Below are positions 45,132-55,400 of a stretch of DNA of 64,000 nucleotides, one piece after another; position 1 is the stretch's first letter; every line of letters starts with the position of its first letter. A program made the position numbers and the translations under genes. The stretch comes from a virus: IMG/VR virus record IMGVR_UViG_3300046007_007028, positions 1-64,000 of that record; one strand, written 5' to 3'. The notes beneath the pieces are model-generated. The model had not been told where the DNA came from. It made no database searches and was given only the letters and a program-made list of their open reading frames with translations.

Positions 45132-46127
45132 TTATTGAACCATTCGGACATCACTGAAAGGAGAGACATAGACCTGTTTTGCATTTGGGTCCTCACTCCT
45201 TACCCCTCCATTGTCCTTATTATGAAGAGTTTTGTTGGCAAGACTCGCTTCCAAAGCCTCCCGTGCTTCTTTTGGAGCCACCCTTTTTGCCGCTTCAACC
45301 ATCGGTTTTAGCGCCTCAAGGGTTTTCTTCAAAAGAAGAGCGTCGTGCATCGCCTGAACGTCGGGCACGAAACCTTTTTCACCGTCAACCTTGAAAATGG
45401 CATTGCCATTATTAAACATTTCCGTCACCTCAGCATCGCTTACAACAGGTAGCTGAAACCCCTCTAAAGGGATGTCAACTTGTGGAACCACTTTCCCGGC
45501 AAGTCCGGCGTTGAGTTCTTCCGTGAGGAAAGCTATTTGAGCCTCCACATCCGGCGCCGACTGTTCTTGCCCCTTACTTTGCAAAGCGCTCTGCTTGGCC
45601 GCTTCAATCTTAGCCTCCAAATCAGACTTCTGTTGCGAAATTTCAGCCCTTCGGCCATCGGCCTTGAACTTAATCTCGCCCCATTCGTCTTCGGGTAACC
45701 CCAGATTTTCGGGTATATCAAAATCCGCGTCAGGGAATTGTTTAATAATTTCTTTCCTCAACAAGCTTTCGCTGTTAAGCCATGGTTTTTCAGCCTGCAA
45801 CGTCTCCTTAAACAAGTCAACGTCGGACAGAGATGCGGGGTCTGTATCCAGCAAACGCCTGTTTTCAGGGTTCTCCATAATGGATACATAGTCCTCTGGA
45901 AGCTGATACACTACCTCCTTAACCGGCTCCCGGCTTTCAAGGTCGGTGACTTTCTGCTTCCACTCCTCAAGCTCCTTTGCAAGAGATTCGGGGTCAACGG
46001 TTTGCGCCCCCTCCGCTGCTGCTTCCTGCCCCACTTCGGCAGGCTTGTCAGGGTCTACAAATGCCACGTCCGAAAACGGGCTTTGATATTCCTGGCCTTT
46101 CTCGACTACTTCTTCGTTATTCTCCAT
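45132..46127 (-). CDS. Scaffolding-like protein
   Basis: Acidic, coiled-coil; between portal and MCP. Confidence 0.65.
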   Translation of the reverse strand: MENNEEVVEKGQEYQSPFSDVAFVDPDKPAEVGQEAAAEGAQTVDPESLAKELEEWKQKVTDLESREPVKEVVYQLPEDYVSIMENPENRRLLDTDPASLSDVDLFKETLQAEKPWLNSESLLRKEIIKQFPDADFDIPENLGLPEDEWGEIKFKADGRRAEISQQKSDLEAKIEAAKQSALQSKGQEQSAPDVEAQIAFLTEELNAGLAGKVVPQVDIPLEGFQLPVVSDAEVTEMFNNGNAIFKVDGEKGFVPDVQAMHDALLLKKTLEALKPMVEAAKRVAPKEAREALEASLANKTLHNKDNGGVRSEDPNAKQVYVSPFSDVRMVQ

Positions 46128-48417
46128 AAATCAATGCTAATTCTCGTTGAATCTTTGGCAAAGCTACATCAGGGGATTCTTTTTCCAAAACCTTCTCAGC
46201 CCATTTCTCCATGATGGCCCCGACGGTCTTTAGTTTCTCCAGATTCTCTTTGCCCTTTTGTGCCTGTTCATTGCTTGCCTGTTGCTGCATGGCATTGGCC
46301 TCAATGTCGGCTTGCTTGGCCTTGGCCGCCCGAATTTCGCCCCGACGTTCCTTAATTGCCAGATACGCTTGCGCCTGTTTTAAGTTGTCAATCCATTGCA
46401 GGTAAACGTAGTCTGACATGGTGATGGTCTTGGCCTGCATGGCCGTGTCAGCAATAGCGTATAGCTTCTGCCACATTTCATCGGTAGGCAATACCTCCGC
46501 TTGCAGGTTAGGAATAAGGCGGGTGGTGATGTATTCTCCGTCAAGGTCTCCTTCCCTTTCCGGATTGCCCGAAAGCACGTCAAACGGCCTTCCTTCAACA
46601 ACGCCCGAAGCCCCGTTGATAAGAATGTCGTACATGAGGTTCTCCCATAGCCTTTCAATCAGGTCCACCTTAGCCGAAACAAGTCCGGACAAAATGTTGT
46701 CGCTTCCCGCCAAAGCAAGCTGGGTAAGCCCTTTGCCCTGGTCGGCGGTGGGTGCCATGCCTGACTCGACGTTGACAATACCCAAGGTATCCCGAATCAG
46801 GTTGAGTTGCTGAAGAAGCATGGTCCAGAGCATCTGAAGGTTTGCGGCCCCTTCGTTGCCCACAATCTTAAACGCATCTCCAAAGCTGGATTGAAATAGC
46901 CCTTGCAGATTTGAGCTGTCCCCAATAATCTGTCCCTTCTGAATAGCGGTGGTAAGGAAGTCATCGGCGGATATGGGGTCGCCTCCGTCCTTGGTAATAA
47001 TTTCAGCAAGAGCCTTTTGGTCAATAACAACGAGCCACGGAATAAACTCCCTTGTGTATGTTTTGATTTTCTTAAAGGTATCCTCAGCAGCGTCGATATG
47101 AGGACGGGCCACGTCGATAAAGGACTTGGTTAAGCCCTGAATCATATTGGGGGTGGTCCAAAGGAAGCTGCCATACACCTTTGCGGCGTTCACCTTTGCG
47201 GCATCCTTCTTGTTTGTTACCAGCGGTTGAGAAATCCTGTCCTTTATGCCGTAGTCAAAAATAACGTCGGTTCCGCATACATACGAGCCGCCAATAAGGT
47301 TTTGCACGTCTGCCCTGCGCACTACGTCCGGGTCGCCGTCCTTTGGCTTAAAGCCGTAGTATTGCTTGCCGTTGCGGATGTTGGTGTAGTGGGTGTCAGT
47401 GGTGTAAAACTCAAAGTCCATCAAAAGGACGTAGTTTGAAAACACCGCATTAAGACCCATGGTGGAAAGGCCAAACTGGTCAACATTCCAAAAGAAAATG
47501 GAGTTGAAAAACAGGTTGAACATCCCGCCTCTCAGGTTCTTTAGTTTCTCTTCATCCACCTGCCCCTGAGCCATATAGCGCACGTCCTCAACACTCACCA
47601 TCCTAATGCGGTAAGACCACCAAATATCCCTGCCATCTTCGTAGAACGACGGGGAGTGGCCGGCATTGAGCGGATTGATGTATTCAATCTGACGGCGGTT
47701 AAGATTGCGGTTGATGTAATACCCTGACGTTCCGGCAATTACAAGGTCGGTGTCTGAATGTCGTGTCACCACCTCCATTCCGGACTGATTAGAAATATCC
47801 GTCAAGGCCATTTCCAGATTCATTTCGGTGGTGAACTGTGGCATCATTCCAGCCTTGATTTCAAGTTCGGTGGTGTCAAGTGGCACGTCCTCTTCTGTGA
47901 ATCCGAATTGCTCCAGAATCGGCTGAATCTCCGCCCCTTGTTGGGCCATGGACATAAGGTAGGCAAGACGTGCCTTGTATTCACCCCGGTCCTTTTGGGA
48001 GAGGCTATCCACCATCGTGATGGACGGCTTTAGCTTGACCCTTTGCAATTTGCCCACAAGGGTTCTTACCACCTGCGGGAGTAGCTGCATATTGGTCTGG
48101 TCCGAGCCGGGGATGGTTTGTTGGTCGTTGCCCGTCATCGTGTCGATGGGGGCAATGGAAGACCGGTAGGCTTGGTTTCCCAATGCGTACTGGTAGTTGA
48201 CGGCGAGTCGGTTGTTTTGCACCCCGCCTACGTTCGTGTATTGGGCAAGGTGTCGGGCCTGAAATTGTCTGGCAATAGCAAGTCCGAAAGAGGAGTCAAT
48301 CTTTTTCTCCAAAGGGGCAGTCAGGTCCACTTCGGCCATGAAGTCCCCTCCGCCTACGCTGTTGGTTGACGGCCTTGGTGGATTAACTTCTGAAAATTCC
48401 CGGTTTGGTGTTGACAT
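46117..48417 (-). CDS. Portal protein
   Basis: 766 aa; YALGNQ, LLPQVV..LVGK, IRDTLGI...G, C-terminal Q-rich helix, as in crAss-like portals. Confidence 0.85.
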   Translation of the reverse strand: MSTPNREFSEVNPPRPSTNSVGGGDFMAEVDLTAPLEKKIDSSFGLAIARQFQARHLAQYTNVGGVQNNRLAVNYQYALGNQAYRSSIAPIDTMTGNDQQTIPGSDQTNMQLLPQVVRTLVGKLQRVKLKPSITMVDSLSQKDRGEYKARLAYLMSMAQQGAEIQPILEQFGFTEEDVPLDTTELEIKAGMMPQFTTEMNLEMALTDISNQSGMEVVTRHSDTDLVIAGTSGYYINRNLNRRQIEYINPLNAGHSPSFYEDGRDIWWSYRIRMVSVEDVRYMAQGQVDEEKLKNLRGGMFNLFFNSIFFWNVDQFGLSTMGLNAVFSNYVLLMDFEFYTTDTHYTNIRNGKQYYGFKPKDGDPDVVRRADVQNLIGGSYVCGTDVIFDYGIKDRISQPLVTNKKDAAKVNAAKVYGSFLWTTPNMIQGLTKSFIDVARPHIDAAEDTFKKIKTYTREFIPWLVVIDQKALAEIITKDGGDPISADDFLTTAIQKGQIIGDSSNLQGLFQSSFGDAFKIVGNEGAANLQMLWTMLLQQLNLIRDTLGIVNVESGMAPTADQGKGLTQLALAGSDNILSGLVSAKVDLIERLWENLMYDILINGASGVVEGRPFDVLSGNPEREGDLDGEYITTRLIPNLQAEVLPTDEMWQKLYAIADTAMQAKTITMSDYVYLQWIDNLKQAQAYLAIKERRGEIRAAKAKQADIEANAMQQQASNEQAQKGKENLEKLKTVGAIMEKWAEKVLEKESPDVALPKIQRELALIYGE

Positions 48418-48420
48418 GGA

Positions 48421-49251
48421 TTATCTGAAAGTATCTCCGGTGTATCGTTTTCTTGCGAGAATGTTATTATAGGCATCTGACTGATAGGTCCCATAACCAC
48501 TTCCATATCCAGAAAGAATAGAAGGGCTCCCCCCTTGAGGCTGGACGTTATAGAATTGATAGGAAGGCGTCATTCCCTCTAATGTTTGCGTTCTTTCAGT
48601 ATCAAGCCTATCTGGAAGTTGATTTATCAGAGAATCGGGAATATCATCTAAGGTTCTTCCTCCTAAGTCAGAATCGGTATTATATCCCTTTTTTGCCAAA
48701 GCGTTTGTTTTGTTTTTTAGGCTATTTTCAGAAAGTCCCTGCATCCCATACCCCAATGCTCCGATGCCGCTGGTAAAGGCGTTGTAGTAGTTCTGCATTC
48801 CAGCACCCCTTAGCGCCCCAATAGCCTCCTCCTGTTCCTGACGGGCTTGTTCATCCATCCTTGCCTTACCCATCAAGCCCGTGTTGTAGGTGCCCAAACG
48901 CCTTTCCTGAGCCTCTTGTCCGGCGGCGTACAACCGACGCTTCTGAGCCCCCTTCTGCTGGTTTAGGCGGGAAAGGATGTTGTATAGGTTAGACGGGCTT
49001 ACACCCGCTCTTTTGGCTTCCCCAAGGGTTGTGGCAGCGTCTTGATTGATTTCGTCAATGGCTTGGCCGTACCCCGCTACCTGAGCGTTGTTGGCTTGGT
49101 TTTGCTGATTAGCCAGCATTTGCTTGTAAGCAAGCGGGACAATGTCGGCAGGACCACCTTTGGCAAGCTCTTTTGCCTGTTTGTTCTGCTGGTATCCCCG
49201 ATACGCTTGGTATCCGGTTTGGGCAAGTGCTAATGCGGTAATCGGGTCCAT
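48421..49251 (-). CDS. Internal virion/ejection protein candidate
   Basis: MDPITALALAQTG start; Q/A/G-rich. Confidence 0.6.
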   Translation of the reverse strand: MDPITALALAQTGYQAYRGYQQNKQAKELAKGGPADIVPLAYKQMLANQQNQANNAQVAGYGQAIDEINQDAATTLGEAKRAGVSPSNLYNILSRLNQQKGAQKRRLYAAGQEAQERRLGTYNTGLMGKARMDEQARQEQEEAIGALRGAGMQNYYNAFTSGIGALGYGMQGLSENSLKNKTNALAKKGYNTDSDLGGRTLDDIPDSLINQLPDRLDTERTQTLEGMTPSYQFYNVQPQGGSPSILSGYGSGYGTYQSDAYNNILARKRYTGDTFR

Positions 49252-49258
49252 ATTATTA

Positions 49259-52200
49259 TCATTGAACGGGTGAACGGGTTGCTTTAACTTCGATATAGTT
49301 CAACTTGACGAAATTACTTGTACTCCAGACAAAAGTAGATATAAGTAATCGACTTTCCATAATTCTGCCATTCATTACTTCTGCATCGTCGTCTACGCTT
49401 GTTTTTATAGCCGCTTCGTAACTCCATTTGCGGGGTATCCACCAGCCCGGCAAGATATAGCTTGAAAGAACGTCGTCGTCTGTACCCTCTGGGGCTTCGG
49501 AAGAAAGTTCGGTCTCTATCGGGCTCGGTCCAAATATGACAATCTGATTCCACCGCTTTACCACGGTAGGCTCTACGTTGGTGATTATCGTTAATTCGGG
49601 ATTTTTAACCTCATCAAAAAACCTATTTGGTTGTGCGCTTAATCCGGAGCCCATCTGCCAAACACGCCCTTGGAGAAAGAAAAACGTCCGGGTCGCAAGG
49701 GTGGCACCCCGCTCCGGCCTGATGCTTGGCTCGCCCTGAGCGTAGTCCCGTGCCGGCTGAAAGGTTTTGAACCGCTCCGAAAATACATACCCGCTTGAAT
49801 TGTTCCCCACCAAAATGGCCTCGTCGGTCACTTGGTCGTAGGTGACAAATACGCTGTCTGAATTGGATAGCTGGTTGCGCAAAAAGTTCATGAACTGATA
49901 CGTCTCTCCAAGCTGCTCAAGGCCCGCATTGGTGTAGCGAATCCAGTCCCGGATGCCTTCGCTCCAGTAGTACACCGTACCCAAGGGTGTGGCGCAAATG
50001 TTCCGTAGCTTTTCTGCCCCGTAATTACCCACCAATGGGCGCTGGGAAGCAAGGTACTTGTCCGACGTGGATACGTTGGCAGACCCGTCCACGTTGGTAA
50101 GCTGAATACCGTCGTAGTAGAAGCTGGAAACCCCGTTCTTTCCGATGGCAAGCAACACCCCTGGTTCCCGCTGCGTGGCGCTCGTTCGCACCAGTGCAGT
50201 GATGGGGCCGTTTTCCAATGGGGCTTGTCGCAGGTCCAAAGAATTGAACTTGGATAGCCCGTTGATTTGCGTGCCTTGGATAAGGGCGGAAGAGAAAGCA
50301 ATGCCGTTTTCAACCCTGACCTGCTCCTGCCTTTCATTCACCACGCTTTCCTGACCCTGTTGCGGGTTCCAGTCTTGAGAGTAAATGTCGGTTGGGTTCA
50401 TTGCAACATACACCCCAAATGTCAGGTTTCCCCTAAACGGGAAAGAAGCGTTGGGGTCGGTTATGTACGAGATGTAGTCTGTTGTGTTTTGAGGCTGGAA
50501 GTTGTCAATGTATGGGGTGAACCATGGATTGAAAATCTTCTTAAATCTTGTCAGGTAGGCATCCCCATACAAAGTTCCCGTTGCTGATATTGCCCCGCCT
50601 GTGATGTCGGTAAATACGTTTTCGTTCTGATAGTAAATTTCAGAAGCCGTTGTTGTCTTTGTTGTAACCTCGATGCCAAAGTACATCGGGTCCTGATTGA
50701 GCGAACTTGCCAGCCCGTAGTTGACCGAAAACGGGAAGTCGGGCTCGTCAAGAATATCCCCCTGAAGTTTGATATACAAGGCATTGTTGACCTGTTTGTC
50801 CACCTTGTATTCCCGGCCCTCCCCGTAGTTTGCAAAGTCAAACGGGGCCAGCACCGTACCAAGTTCATAGGCATAGCTGCCAATAATGGTAACATAGGTT
50901 TCGTCGCCCTTGACAAAGTTTATGGGGCTTTCTGTGGGAAGAAAAATGGCATACCCCTTGTGAAAAAAGTCAAGGGCTTCGGTGAACGGGCCGCCCGTGT
51001 CGGATTGCCGGTAGACCTCCCCCAAGTAGAACCGGGACAAGTAGTCCTGCCCGTTTTCACCTTGATACCAGTACAGAAGTATAGTGGTCATCCTGTGAAA
51101 CCTAACTACCCTTACCGCCGTGCTTTCCACCACCCGATAATATTTCACCCACGAAGGAACCGTGCCGGTAAGCTCCCAGTCAATCCAATAACTATTGTCC
51201 TCCCAGTCCCGGTTTTCATTCTCAGGAACGTCGTTTCCTTCAGATTGGACGGCAAAGTTTTCATAGGTCGGAATAGTGACGGGGACCTGATTGACAACGC
51301 CAATGCGCCGGCCCCACTCGTCAAGCAACTCCACCCCAACATTGTAGGTCCCTCCGGGCTTGTGTATCTTATTGACCACCTGCGCATTGATGTTTGCGTC
51401 GTAAGTGGCCGCCACCGCTGTTGCCGTAAGGGTCAGGGTGTCCACCGTTGGGTAGTCGATAAGGTAGTTGGACAGGGTTATCCGGTTTTGAGCAATTTCG
51501 TTGGACGTTGCCAGAAGCGGGACCGCATCAAAAGGCCGGTCGACAATATCGGAAGATACCGCAACCTTTGGGATAGTAAGCAGGTCGTCAACGACTATGG
51601 AGTAGCTGTTCACATCCACGTTGTCAACCGACTTAATAACATACCAAACCCCGTCGTTGCCCTGCCGGTAGAGATACACTATTTGCTTAACAAGATTGAG
51701 GTTAAGCAGGTATGCGTTGTATTCGTCCTCTGGAATAGAGATTTGAATTTGCTTGGTGTAATAGCACTCGGTAGAAAACGGGGCTATGGTAGACTCTTCG
51801 TCGTTGTCGTAAATGTAGTAGTAGCTGAACTGAAAGGGGATGCCGGTAAAGGTGGTGATGCCGGAATCGGAAAAGTCATTGCTTATGTCTGTTTTGCTCC
51901 AGATGTCAACGGTGAGATAGCCTATGCCGTTAAAGAATTTGGCGGCAAGCGGGAGTCCAGGCTGCCGCTTTATCTGCGTTATCATCCACTCCTCAAGCGG
52001 ACTTGGATAATCCCCGGCGATACCCTTGGCGATGTTGACCATGCGGGGTTGGTTGATGTTGTCGGTCCAATACAGCTTGCCATCAATAATGGCCATGGAA
52101 ACGTCCGAGTCCTCCTCGAAAGCAAGAATAGACCCCTCGATTACAAGGTCAATGCTTTCGCCTTGTATGCGGTAAATGCCGTGGTCGTCGTTTGAGTTCC

Positions 52201-52444
52201 ATAAGGCAAAGAATACGCTCTGACTCTCGAAATCTTCACGAACACCGATGACAAGGTTATCGCCGGCGGGCAACGGATGGGCTATGGGATATTCAATTTC
52301 TAACATCCCATTCACCAAGGTCGTAGCCAAATTGGTGTCCCCCACGGAAGCACCTAAGCGCAGGTTACGCCCTGCCCGTGCCGCGTTAGGCGGAAGGAGG
52401 CGGTTATCGAGATCCGGGAGTATGCGATCAATTCTGTGGACCAT
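49259..52444 (-). CDS. Tail stabilisation/muzzle protein (P22 gp10-like, crAss-type)
   Basis: DLDNRLLP...RNLR, LYWTDNINQPRMVNI, FSYYYIYDNDEESTIAPFS, NGLSKFN, GNYG; beta-propeller pattern. Confidence 0.8.
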   Translation of the reverse strand: MVHRIDRILPDLDNRLLPPNAARAGRNLRLGASVGDTNLATTLVNGMLEIEYPIAHPLPAGDNLVIGVREDFESQSVFFALWNSNDDHGIYRIQGESIDLVIEGSILAFEEDSDVSMAIIDGKLYWTDNINQPRMVNIAKGIAGDYPSPLEEWMITQIKRQPGLPLAAKFFNGIGYLTVDIWSKTDISNDFSDSGITTFTGIPFQFSYYYIYDNDEESTIAPFSTECYYTKQIQISIPEDEYNAYLLNLNLVKQIVYLYRQGNDGVWYVIKSVDNVDVNSYSIVVDDLLTIPKVAVSSDIVDRPFDAVPLLATSNEIAQNRITLSNYLIDYPTVDTLTLTATAVAATYDANINAQVVNKIHKPGGTYNVGVELLDEWGRRIGVVNQVPVTIPTYENFAVQSEGNDVPENENRDWEDNSYWIDWELTGTVPSWVKYYRVVESTAVRVVRFHRMTTILLYWYQGENGQDYLSRFYLGEVYRQSDTGGPFTEALDFFHKGYAIFLPTESPINFVKGDETYVTIIGSYAYELGTVLAPFDFANYGEGREYKVDKQVNNALYIKLQGDILDEPDFPFSVNYGLASSLNQDPMYFGIEVTTKTTTASEIYYQNENVFTDITGGAISATGTLYGDAYLTRFKKIFNPWFTPYIDNFQPQNTTDYISYITDPNASFPFRGNLTFGVYVAMNPTDIYSQDWNPQQGQESVVNERQEQVRVENGIAFSSALIQGTQINGLSKFNSLDLRQAPLENGPITALVRTSATQREPGVLLAIGKNGVSSFYYDGIQLTNVDGSANVSTSDKYLASQRPLVGNYGAEKLRNICATPLGTVYYWSEGIRDWIRYTNAGLEQLGETYQFMNFLRNQLSNSDSVFVTYDQVTDEAILVGNNSSGYVFSERFKTFQPARDYAQGEPSIRPERGATLATRTFFFLQGRVWQMGSGLSAQPNRFFDEVKNPELTIITNVEPTVVKRWNQIVIFGPSPIETELSSEAPEGTDDDVLSSYILPGWWIPRKWSYEAAIKTSVDDDAEVMNGRIMESRLLISTFVWSTSNFVKLNYIEVKATRSPVQ

Positions 52445-55400
52445 AAAGCATTTTTCTTTCATACGTCCGCATCCAGCGCGGGCGCATACGTTCAACATCT
52501 TCCTTGTCGTACAGCCCCGTGCTTTTCAAGAACTCCATGGCTTTGAGGGCCTGCTGGTATTCGGCCTTGTAGGTCTGCATAATGCTTTCGGTAAGTTCCC
52601 GGTTGTTATACAGTTGCCTGATTCTATCAAGCTGCTTTTTACTGTACTCGCTCTGAGCGGCCCGCATCTGTCCGGTTTTGTATATGGTAAAGAACTCATC
52701 CAAGTAGGACTGTTCAAGCCCAATCTTCTCTGTAAGCGTCCCCTCCGACAAGGCTTTCTTTGCGACCTCTTTCAAGACCTTGCGCTTCTCAAAGCCCGTC
52801 TCGTAGGTGCCTTTTAGCGTTTCAACGGCGTCCACGAAGGTCTTGACATCGCCGGTCTGAATGGCAGCGTCTATCACTTCGTTTGCCCGCTTGCGGCTTT
52901 CTTCTTCGGGCTTTAGCAGGGCGCGGGCCTGCTGGATTTTAGCCTTACCCTCTCGCTCCTTGTCTGTAATATTCTTTCTCTTTGCGCTTAGGTATTTATC
53001 CAAAGAAGGGGTTATTGGATTGCGAATTGCCATAGAGGCAAGAATATTCAGCATTTGTAGCGCTAAAAGCCTGTCCTTTTCTTCCGGGTCTTTACCCTGC
53101 AATAACTCATTGGACACCTTAGCTGTTGAATATGTGCCCCGTAGCAATGTCGCTCCAGTTGAACCAATTGCCGGCACAAGTCGTAGCCAATCTGTCCCCG
53201 TGCTTTTGTCTGTAACCGGATTCGTATAAAGCCCCTCATTTGCATATTGGGCCAACTTCTCAACATTCTCTTTTTGCTCAGAATCTTTTAAAGCTGTTTT
53301 TGCAATTCCAAGGGACACGGCAATTAAAGCCCTAAAAATAGGCCCATACCTTCCTGTTAGTAACGACAAATTATTCCCAACAAACATACTCCCCAAGTCG
53401 TCTGTCCATGTGGACAAAACCTTTTTCGCCTCTTCATCCCAAGGCTCATCATCGTCGTCCGAAATTTCCTTAAATGCTTGGGCAAGCATACTCATACCCA
53501 CCATATAAACGGCGTTCGATATTTGAACAGATGCAATTCTTTGAGCAGCCTTTACGCGCCCCTCATTTGTCCCCAATGCAAGGTCTTTAAATGCTTGTGC
53601 GGTCTTAGTAGCCTCATGAATTGTGTAAGACTGAAGAAACCCAAACATTTTTGCAACCCACTTCTTCTTTGATAATAAAGACTTAGTCCCCTCTGTAAAA
53701 GGTACTAATTTGGTATGGCTACTCTGAGCAAACGCAGACGAGGGAACAAACTCTTTACTTAATTCGAGTTGCGAATCCTGTTTGGCAGACAAAATTGCTT
53801 TGGCATTGTCGTCTCTGTATGTATTGTCAGGGTCTAAGAAAGCGTCAATATCAAAGTCTTTCCCGGTTTGCTTTTTGAAGGCTTTTTCAAACAAAGTTAT
53901 CGCGGATACTTTCATCGGCCCAGCATCTCCAAGCCCAATCAATCTGTCGGAAAACTTGCTTAAAGCATCCTTGGAGGATGTAATACTTTCCTGCCCAAGA
54001 ATGCCTGAAAAGTCCGAAACCGAAGTGAATAATTGCTCTAAAAGATGGTCGTACTTTTGGTCTTTATCAATAAGAATCTCAGTTGCTCTTGTGTATGCAG
54101 CCGGGTTCTCAATTGCAAGTCTGGAAAGGTTTGATACAAAATCTGCCAAGAATCTAACCGTGCTAAGTTTTAGGGTTCTGTTAGCCCTAAGAATAGCATC
54201 CACCGTTCTTGATACTTGGTCCGACCCTTCTTGTTGAAGGTCGAGCGTCGTAATTAGCCCTTGCTTTATGGCTTCTTCCATAGCCACAAGAAAACGCTGT
54301 TGATCGCTGTTTTTCTGACTTCTTGTTGCAAGCCGCGACATTGCTCCGATAGTCGTGCGGACCGGATCTGTAAGATAGTAGTCCCGGAATGTGTCTCTGA
54401 TATGCGACAATATCATGTTGTCCAAATTGTAGGAAACGTAGTATCTGTCGCCAGTTCGTTTGTTTGTTGCCGCCTGCTTTAATCGGATTGCAGCAGGCGT
54501 TTTGCCGCCCAAAATATCCTCAATAAACTGAGCATTAGAAGCATCCTCTACTTCGGATTTTTGACGTACCATCCGATTAGCATATTCCTGCCGAAGCTGA
54601 AATATGTCGCCTCTTTTTTCGGTGTTTATACGAACGTAATCTTCTGATTTTGAATAAATCTCGCGAACCGCATCAAGTATCTGCTTTTCTTTTTTCGATA
54701 AAGAAGCGACATAGGCTTTGATGTCGACATTGCCATTTCCGTCTTTTGGCATAGACTTCCACGCCCTCTTTATTCTGGCTTTCTCTTTGTCATCAACACG
54801 GGCAAAAGAGTCAAGATTCTCGGTAATGTACCGATAGTAGTCTTTCTCTTCGGTTGGCAAATCTTTGTGGTCAATTGTTTCTCCCTTAATAATAGAAGGG
54901 TTGGCTTCATAATCCATTTGAATCAAAGCCAATGCTACCCTATCTTTTTGAATTTCATCTGCCCCGGATACGGCTTTGTAGTAATTCGAGGAAAGCACTT
55001 TGGCTTGATGAAGCGCCTTGTCAACCGCGTCAATAATTGGCGAAAGAATCTTTTTCCAAATTGGCTTTTTCTTTCCAACGCCAAAAAAGTCATCCCAATA
55101 ATCTTTATTTTTCAAAAGCAATTGAGCGGTCATTTTGTCTACACTCTTCCACATTGGGCCGCCAAATTTACCTACCAGTTGGTGTAACTGGCTGCGCTTC
55201 TCTGTATCGGCCTTGGCTTGCACTACGTCTTTAGAAGCTTCAGCAATGCTTCGGGCTTTTTCAATTAACCCCGCTTGCTTGATAAGGTCGTAAGTAGTGG
55301 TATTCAAAAATCCGTTTGACAGCCCAATGATGGCTTTTTGATAAGCATCCAGTTGTCCCGGCGTAAAATCCTGTAAAATAGAAATCGGGATGCGCATCAA

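Noticed and set aside
53844-53858. DFDID motif, as in crAss-like virion RNA polymerases
   Set aside because: The context (KQTGKDFDIDAF) lies in an apparently all-helical protein with no double-psi-barrel motifs; likely chance.
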